From the human T2T-CHM13v2.0 reference genome, Homo sapiens, in the NCBI RefSeq assembly GCF_009914755.1, contig NC_060933.1: a stretch of 64,000 bases of DNA. One strand, 5' to 3'. A program made the translations under genes and the position numbers. Within the stretch, counting starts at the first letter, position 1. Each line of letters opens with the position of its first letter. The notes beneath the pieces are model-generated. The model did not search any database, was not told where the DNA came from, and saw only the letters and a list, made by a program, of their open reading frames with translations. Below, piece after piece: positions 56,045 to 64,000 of this stretch.

Positions 56045-58283
56045 CTAGTGGTTCATTCATAAATATTTTGTGAGCATCTACTGTGTGCCCAACATTAAAG
56101 CTATTGCAACCAACAGCTTCTCCTAAGGCAGATGTGCCACAGAGACCGATGGGTCCATGGCTGAGCTGCTTGAGCAGGGAACAAACTATGTGTTCCCTGA
56201 AAGTCCCCACCAGGCCAGGAATTCTCATCCTGAGGCATCTACAGAGGCCTGGCAGCCCCTGCCCACCTGGTTCCCAGGCTTACTGCCTTCTGCCCCATAG
56301 AAATGGGCCCCTTAGGGCTGTTTGGTGAGTGTGCTGTCCCCTTTGAAGGGTGGGTAATGGCTTGGTGTCTTCCAGATTCAACGTCCATCAGAACAGTTCA
56401 TGCCCAGTCACTGGCTCTGCGCCAAGAACCTGCCTGGCAGGAAGACTGCTTGTGGGGAGACGGCAGAGGCAGGATACAAGGCCCTTCCTTGGAATTCTCC
56501 CCAGTGTCCCTGCCTCCTCTTCTCAGCTGCCCATGAGCTCCTGGAAGGCCATGAGCCTCATTTCCCTCCCGACCTAGCAAAATGCAGTTAGCCCTCAATA
56601 TTCACATACATAATTGGATTTCTTGTTGAAGGACAGTCTCATGCCTCCAAGCTCAAAGGGCCCACACAGATCATCACGTTTGATGCACCTATTTTACAGA
56701 TGGGCAGAGTGAGGCTCTGAGAGGGGATGTCCTCAATCCTTTTGGGTTCTCATAGCATTCTCACGGGTCTTTTGGGCTGACCTGGGTGAAGCAGGCAGCA
56801 TTCCCTGGCACTAAGCCTTGCCTATTCACATTTGTGAGTGAAATTTGGAAAGGCCTTGGTGCTTAGCCACTGACCTGCTGCCTGCCTGACCTTTCAGGAA
56901 ATGCAGTCCCTTGCCTGGAAATGGCTTTGTGGACAGTGAGTCGTGTGGTATCACCCACACAATACAGTGGGGAGAACTGGACAGTTTCCCCAGTTTCTCA
57001 CTGGGCCCCACCGCCTCAATCCTCCTTCAAAACCTGCCTGAAATCCAACTCTGTCCTCTTGGTCTTTTTGTGACTCTTTCACCGGAGATGTCCTTCTCCT
57101 CTGTGGCTGCACATTTATCCAACACACCCTTTAAGATCCAAATGCCACCTCCTCCTGGGGGCCTTCCTCGGTTTCTTTCCATCCCTTAATCAGCTTCACA
57201 ATTCAATTGATCTGCATCTCTTTGGTGGCATTTATCACATTCTCCTTATATTATCTTACCTTTATGCAGTTGCAGGGGGTTCTCCATGACATAGTGATGT
57301 CTGATGTCTCCCATCCAGACTCTCTTCCCTACCCCAAGTTGCTGTGCGTGTCTCCTGTCCACATTACAAATGCGTGCATGACCAGAAGGCAGGACCATAT
57401 GGAAATTTTTGTCCCTGCCCCCACAGTGGCAGACCCTTTTCCCCCAGAGTCTTGTACAGGGGTTTGCATACTGTAGGAGTTAAAACAAATAACTTATTTA
57501 AATTACCAACGGTTTGAGCATCTATTGTATCCCAGGCTCCATGTGTCAGGCTGGGTGTGGGGACACAGAGATGGATCTGACAATGACAGCGCCATGTGAT
57601 GTGTGCTGCAATCCCGGTGTAGGGCAGAGCAGCTCACCAGAGTCAGGTGAGCTCTGGCCTGCACCTAGAAGAATAACCAGGTTGTGAACAGGCAGAAAAG
57701 GGGCAGAGGGAGAACCTGGGAGGAAACAGTATGGAGAAAGCATCGAAGTAGTCAAGCTTACCTGAGCCTGGGTGCAGGTATCAGAGAGACTGGAGCTCAG
57801 GAGGCCGGATCTGAAGCTGGGGAGGCTGCTGAGGATCTGCACAGAACCCCTTAAAGCCTAAGATTTGGATCCTTATGACAAGATGCAGAAGTTTGGAGTT
57901 AGGTTACCTGGGTTCAAATCCCACCTCTACCACCTACCCGTTTATGTCAGCTTTCCCATCTGTAAATGGAGAGAAAAAAGCAGGCCTCCCTTAAACCCCA
58001 GCACTGTGTGGGTCAGGGTCTGGACTAGGGTGTGGCACATGCAGAGATGCAGCATACCAGGAGATGCCAAGAAAACTCAGCAACGGAGGTAAATTGCCCA
58101 AAGCAGTGCCCCAAACCCCTAAGTAATCAAAATAATATTTTAATTTTTTACTTTTAAAATATTTTTAAAAGTATCAAAATTAATGCAAAACCCCACAATG
58201 AACAAAATATCTAAAATGTAAATAAAGACAGGGTCTGCATGGTACCAAGTATGCAACTAAAAAAACATCAGTTATGATTGAAG

Positions 58284-58443
58284 AGGGAGTTCTCAACCTT
58301 AGGGGGCCGTGGACTTCTGAAAACCGGAGGAAAGCCCACGGCCCCTCTCCCCTGAAGAATGCACAAACATGCTCAATTTGTGCACAGTTTGGGGGTGTTC
58401 CTGCACTCCCTGGGGTTCGTGCACATGGAAGTTAAGAACTCTG
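58284..58443. mobile_element. hAT-Charlie-type MITE
   Basis: Terminal inverted repeats GAGTTCTCAAC..GTTAAGAACTC. Confidence 0.55.
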
Positions 58444-58981
58444 GTTCAACATTGGGGGTGCGGGGGTGGCGGGGGTGGTTCCACGCGCCGGCCAGCAGCC
58501 TGCCAGTTCCCCAGTCCCGCGACTGGCCTCCCTCCTGGCAGCCATGGGTGCTCTGCCCTCTGCAGGAAGCAGCGCACAGCTATGCAGCTCCCCCAACCCC
58601 CCTACCTCCCCTCTCTCGGCTTGGGACTTTTCCTAAAGTTTGTTGAAACCAGACACCTTGCTCGACCGAGCCCGCGTGCAGCCAGGGTTTAAAAGGCCGC
58701 CTTCAGCGCCCCCTCCCCGCCCCCAGCGGAGACTTCAAAAGGCCCGGCGGGCGCCGCCGCCCCAGCACCTATGAGCCGCCCCCAGCTCTCGGAGCCCGCG
58801 CCGGAGCCCGTGGACGCAGAGCTGCCGAAGTTCGAGCGCAGGCGGACCGGGTCGGCGGCGCAGTCCCGCGCGCCCATGCCCCTCCCGGTGCCGCTGCGCT
58901 CCGCGCGCCCGCGCCCCGTTTAGGGAAGGGGACCTCGCCCCCCGCCCCCGCGCCCACGGCTGCGGGGACCCATGAATACAA

Positions 58982-59037
58982 ATGCCGTTAGGCGCCGGAG
59001 GAAGGACCGACCGGCCAGCCTCGCACGTAGGGACCCA
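58982..59037 (+). CDS. COL27A1: Candidate alternative COL27A1 first coding exon (MPLGAGGRTDRPASHVGT.., phase 2)
   Basis: CA|gtaagt donor at 59038; 56 nt, same phase as canonical exon 1; weak ATG context. Confidence 0.4.
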
Positions 59038-60417
59038 GTAAGTGCTTGGGGGCTCCTGGAGCGGTGCGAAGTGTTATATGCCTGTGTGTGCGCGCGCCTA
59101 AAGGTGTGCGCGTATGGGGAGGGGGTACACGCGTGAGGAGTGAATGCGTGTGTGCACATGTGCGGTGGGCACTCTCGGAGAACTGTGTGCAAGTGAGGGT
59201 GTGCGCGCGTGTGTCCACCCGGGGTGTGTACATGTGTGGGGGCGATATGGCCAGGATAGCGTGCATTTGTGCCTGTGTAAGCATCCGTGTGCATGCTTCT
59301 GCGAGTGTAGAGTATCAGCGTGCGCCTGAGCCCAGATATCTGAGGATGCGTTTCGTGTGAACCTAGGAAGGGTGCGTGGCTGTCCCAGAATGGGACCGTG
59401 TGTGAGCGTGTGTCTGAGTTTGGGGAAAGGGTGGATACGTGTGGGAGTGTGTGTGTGCACCGGTGAATAAGTGTAACTTTGCTCGTGAACGAGTGGCAAG
59501 AGGTGGTAGAGGCGGAGGGAGCTGTGGTCCCAGGGCTGGACTGGAGTTTTGGGTGTGAGAATTTGCCCGGGGGCCAAGGTGTGCAGCTCTTAGCTCCCGG
59601 ATGGGATCCGAGGGAGTTTTTGTCGATTCTGGGGAGGTGCGTGGTTAGTGGTGGTGGTGGGGTGCGGTTAGATTCCAATTGCTGACAGAAGGGAGAGAGA
59701 GGGTGGCAAACCCTTAACAAGCCCACCCTATATGTTCTCCAGGGCGCTCCGAGTCTGGGAGCGCAAACTTTTGGTGGGCGGTGGGGATCACGATACTGGT
59801 TGTCGTGGGCGTCTGGACACCAAGTTCTGGTCCTAGCTCCGTCCCTGAAACTGTGGGTTTCTTCCAGGAGTAGAATTTGGCCCTTCTCCCCTACCCCAAC
59901 CCCCCATTGGAGGACCCCCAGCCTCACCAGTCAGAAGTTCCTAATCTCAGAACGGTGATCAAATCACCGTGAAGCCCTGGGCAGCCCCTTCCTCTCTGTG
60001 AATCTGTTTCCCCATCTATACAAGGAGGAGGGGGGCGGGTGTCCCATCGGGGCTGTAGTGGGCCAGCTGAGGCTGTACCCTTGGCTCCGGCCGGCAGGGG
60101 GCAGCAGGGGGCAGCAGAGGGCGGCCGGGAGCGGGGAGGAGGGAAGGTGGAGAGCCACCGCGGGCCGAGACTTTAAATCGCCTTCATTTCCCCCAAATCC
60201 TTCCTTTTCCTCTCCTCCCCCAGGCCGGCGGGGAGGCAGCTTCCACCGCCCTCCGCGCGCCCTCACCCGGCCTTGCTCTGCCTCCGGGGACCGCCAGCAG
60301 CCCGCCTCCAAAAGTTTGATCATCTCTCTCTCTCTTTTTCTTGCTTCTTCTTCCTTTTTGGTGGAAGCAGAAAAGGACCGAGGCAGGGGCGAGCGCGGCG
60401 CCCGGACTCCTGGGACC

Positions 60418-60607
60418 ATGGGCCTGGCGCGGGCGCCCGCGGGGCCCCAGCCGCGCTGCCTGCCTGCTCGGGCGCCCCTGGGCGCGGGGCTGCGCTGGGG
60501 GCGCGGGGGCCGCGCGCTCTAAGCCGGCCTGGCGCGGCGGGGCGGGGGGCTGGCGGCCCCATGGGGCGCGCCCACACTTGCCCCCCGGGCTCGGGAGCAT
60601 GAAGTAG
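60418..60607 (+). other. Three upstream ORFs in the COL27A1 5' leader (60418-60522, 60561-60602, 60599-60607)
   Basis: accATGG..TAA (34 aa); cccATGG..TGA (13 aa); ATG-AAG-TAG. Confidence 0.7.
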
Positions 60608-60616
60608 GGGCCTGCC

Positions 60617-60678
60617 ATGGGAGCGGGATCGGCGCGGGGGGCCCGAGGCACAGCGGCGGCGGCGGCGGCGCGCGGGGG
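60617..60678 (+). CDS. COL27A1: Collagen XXVII alpha-1 coding exon 1 (MGAGSARGARGTAAAAAARGG), 62 nt, phase 2
   Basis: gccATGG Kozak; GG|gtgagt donor at 60679; peptide recognised as the COL27A1 N-terminus; adjacency to KIF12 fits known synteny. Confidence 0.93.
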
Positions 60679-61741
60679 GTGAGTACGAACTCGGGGACGC
60701 CCCCTCCCTAGCTTCCTGCTGCTCCAATCTCGGGGAGGGCCGGGGTTCCCCGCCATGCGGTCGCTTCCAGCGGAACGTCGGCTTCCTGCCCCTTCCTGCG
60801 CCCCCGCGAGGCGGGACGCCAAGGGTTAATAGGGGCTGCGCCCCCGGCCGGGCGAGAGTTGGCGAACGCTGCCCGCCCTGCCGCGCCTGGCCCGGCTGCC
60901 CGATCCCGTTGGGGCGGGGGCAGAGCCAGCCCGGGGGTCGGGGGTGGGGGTGGGTGGTGGCGCCTGGAGCGGCCGGCGGGGTGCGGAGGGGGGCTTTTTG
61001 GATGCTTGGGGGAGGAGGGGGGTCTCCGTTTGGGGCCGTCTCGGTGTGTTCCGGTGTCTCAGTGTCTGCAGGTCCCAAGCCTGTACGTCTCCGTTTCTAT
61101 CTGTTCTTGTGAAATTGTCCGCAAGTTTCTAGGTCACCAGGTCTCGGGTTCTGCTCCTGTCTCCGTGTCTGTGTGGCTCTGCACGTCCCCGCGTTTCTGG
61201 AAATCTCCGCGTGTGTGTGTGAGTCGGCCTGGGTCTGTGTGTCTGTGTTTCCTGCTTCTCGGTTCCTGTCCCTTTCACGTGTGTAAGAGAGAAAAAGTGA
61301 GAGCCAGCATGTCAGAGCAGAAAGGGCCCTGGGCGATCACTGTGCGGAACCCCTCAGTGTACAGATCGGGAGACAGGGCCGGAGAGGGGCAGGGACTCTC
61401 CCAGGAGCGGCTGCGCGGAGCTGGGGCCCAGAGGCTGGGATTCCCAGCGTGTGGAGTAGGAGTTGTAAGAGAGAGTGAGCCTGTGCTGGAGCCGGCGCAG
61501 CGTGTGGGTGTGTGTGGGAGCCAGCAGCATGCAAGCAGCCCGTTGGGGCCTGTGGACGGCGCTCCTCTCTTTCCATCCTGCCCCCAGGACACCAGGACAC
61601 TCCCCAGAGGCTGTTAGGGCTGTAGCTGGGCCCTGCCCCGTTTGAGCTGGAGTCCGCGGGATGACACCCCCTCCTTTCTTCCCCATGTCTTGGAAAAAGC
61701 TGGCTGTTTGCGATTCCCCCGCCCCGCACCCCCTCACCACA

Positions 61742-61773
<32 letters not shown>

Positions 61774-61782
61774 GCGCGCGCG
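61742..61782. repeat. (CA)n microsatellite followed by (CG)n in COL27A1 intron 1
   Basis: ACAC..ACATACGCGCGCGCG. Confidence 0.9.
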
Positions 61783-62004
61783 GCACCAGTGAGCACACTG
61801 CTGACTCATTTTCTCCAGAAGACCCTGCGCCAGGGTAGATGCCAGCAGTTGGGCAGAAAAGTGGTGCCAGGCGAGCACCCCATGGTGGGGCTCCAGCTGT
61901 GGGCAAGTGGGCAGTCAACACTGCTCGGAGGCCCAGTCTCTGCCTTCTCCTGCCTCCCTGCCTCCCTTGACATCACGTTGTCCTGCATCATGTGCGCTCT
62001 GGCG

Positions 62005-62058
62005 CCAGCATACCTCTGCTCTCCAGCATGCCTCTGCTCTCCAGCATGCCTCTGCTCC
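62005..62058. repeat. 3 x 18-bp tandem repeat CCAGCAT(G/A)CCTCTGCTC(T/C)
   Basis: Units start at 62005, 62023 and 62041. Confidence 0.9.
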
Positions 62059-64000
62059 TGGACCCTTCTGGCCGGACCAAACTCCATGTCATGTCTATGG
62101 ACACATCCCTGGCCTCTGCCTCCTTCTGTTTCCTCCCTGTACTCAGAACATTCTCCCTCTCCTGTGCCTCCACCAGCGCTGCGGACCCTCAGCAGCCAGC
62201 AGCCTCCTGGTGGTCTCTGTCCCTTTCTGAGCACACTCCCCTGTTCTTTGTTGGCATTTTCTCTCCTCCATCTCTGTCCAGGGACCCTCTTGATACCCAC
62301 ATGCCTGGCTTGGCTACGCAGAGTAACATATCCACTGGTGGTAGGGGACAGCAGTGAGACACTCACAGAATCATGTTGGTGGGAGGCAGGCGGCACCACA
62401 GGAGGGCCATGAGGCTTGCCATCAGGCAGGCTCGAGTTTGAATCCTAACTCTGCTGTGCCAGCTTGGGTGAGCCACTCTGCTGCTTGTTTTTCTCTTCCA
62501 CAAAACCGGCACCTTATTCCTAGCTGGCTGGGTTTTGTGAAGATGAACAGGACCATGCTTGTAAAGGGCTTAGAACAGGGCCTGGCATGTAATAAGTGCT
62601 CAGTAAACGGCAGCTGGTATTTGTATTATTCCCTTCATGTTGAATGGGTGTGTGAGTCAATGGGAAAGTTCTGGGCTGCATCCTCTCCAGACGATGACCT
62701 GTCTGTGTTCCCATGGAGGACGTGGAAGCTGTGAAGAAAGCCCAGGCATAGCCGTCTGGGCACAGGGGGTCTGGCCAGTCCATGGAGGCAGGTGGGACAG
62801 GTCCACCCCACTTGATGAGCTGTAGTTCCAGCTAGCTCCCTTTTCAGCTTTTACCCCATGCGTGAACAGCCAAGCCTAGTGTCCACAGGGCCACTTTCCC
62901 TGTGTGTTTCTGTGGCCTGGGTCTCAGCTCAGAGCCCTCAGTGACTGTTGAAGCTGGTGTGGGTTTCTAAGATCCTGTGTGTTTCCAGGTAATAAGGATG
63001 GAAGAAAACTATCCAAGCAGTCTGCCGGTTCTGGCAGTGTGGTTACCCAGGAGTAGCCCCATTTGGTGCACTGGCAGAGGGCCTTTTGCAAGGGCATAGA
63101 AACACCTGGGTTTCCTCTTTGGAGGGCTGTGTGGCCAGACGATGTTTCCATGTGATGTTTCCTCGCGGCTCCCGTTTCGGCTGCCTCCTGGCCTCCCTGG
63201 CCTCTGTGCTCTGGTCTTCCTGACATTCTGGAGCCCTGGGTTTGCAGAGACAAGGCCCACAAGACAAGTGGTGAAAACAGAAGTCTGGAAGAACAAAGCC
63301 CTGAGCCAGCACAGGCACTAACCATGATTAGCAGTAGCCTAAACAGGATTGGAACGGGAGCAAAAGAATCGGCAGGGCCTCCCTCTGAGAGCCAACTTTC
63401 CAGGCCTGGAGCTGACTTAGATGGCTCGTTGGCTCCCTGGGTTGCATCTCTGTTCCTGCTGGTGAAGGCTGGGGCTCGGGTCTCTGGCAAGTAGGAAGTC
63501 CCTGCAAGTCTCCAATTTCTGCTCCATGGAGACAAGTCAAATGAAAAGGACTATCTGTTAAGTCATAGACTTGAAGCACTGTGTGACTTCGGGCAAGTAA
63601 CTTGCCCTCTCTGGGCCTCAGTTACGCATCTTTTCAAAGAAGGGAGAGAGAGGACTAGAATCTGACCCCTAGATGATCTTAAATGGCCTTCTTCCACTCT
63701 GACATGCTCTATACTTGGGAAGTTTATGGGTCAAGTGCACACAGAATCCATTTCCAAGAGGGTCAGCTGCATTTGTCAGGGAGAATGAATGGAGGTTGAA
63801 TACTTCTGTAATAGGCCTTCAGGGCTGAAGTCCTCAAGTTGGAAGCCATGGTGTTAGGAAGCTTAATTGAAGAGAAGATTCTGATTCCATGTCTCCTGTG
63901 GACTTCTTCTTCCTGATTTTCAGAGATTACAAGGATTTGCCCTCTAATTCTCTGCAGAGTAGTCATTTTGGTATAGCTGTAGCCAGGGAAACTGACCGAG

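Larger units (their letters stand above)
58450..61230. promoter_or_regulatory. COL27A1 CpG island / promoter region with two GC-rich cores (~58650-59040 and ~60050-61050)
   Basis: Dense CpG, GC boxes, TATA-like TTTAAAA at 58688 and TTTAAAT at 60172. Confidence 0.9.

Noticed and set aside
58920-59927. 335-aa minus-strand ORF and other long ORFs at 59964-62412
   Set aside because: GC-rich or CA-repeat sequence lacking stops; His/Thr- and Pro/Arg-biased with no domain; weak start codons
60679-64000. COL27A1 exon 2, MIR455 and the reported intronic SOX9 pairs
   Set aside because: Exon 2 sequence (FLFSWILV..) and a miR-455 hairpin are not visible here, and I could not locate a convincing paired SOX site in this part of intron 1

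Overview
This is primate DNA, almost certainly human, not microbial: it is Alu/L1/MaLR-rich with spliced genes. I recognise it as the divergent KIF12 - COL27A1 interval (human 9q32, from memory). The left end (714-3939, minus strand) holds the first nine coding exons of kinesin KIF12. They join through canonical GT-AG junctions into one open frame of 298 codons, including the P-loop GQTGSGKT, switch I SSRSH and switch II DLAGSE; the gene continues past position 1. The right end holds the COL27A1 CpG island, coding exon 1 (60617-60678, MGAGSARGARGTAAAAAARGG) and the start of intron 1. The ~55 kb between is mostly repeats with a few motif-dense unique blocks. Almost all ORFs in the supplied track are spurious. 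I see no new multi-gene system. The best leads are regulatory or mechanistic: (1) a KIF12 exon that starts with a perfect donor (recursive-splice signature) next to a GC-box minisatellite; (2) a perfect SOX9 dimer palindrome beside a CTCF-like motif at 12.8 kb; (3) a phase-compatible alternative first exon for COL27A1; (4) three uORFs with an ATGA stop-start overlap in the COL27A1 leader; (5) a fossil Alu-to-Alu copy event that carried 44 bp of unique flank. Repeat boundaries and subfamily names are by eye and approximate.
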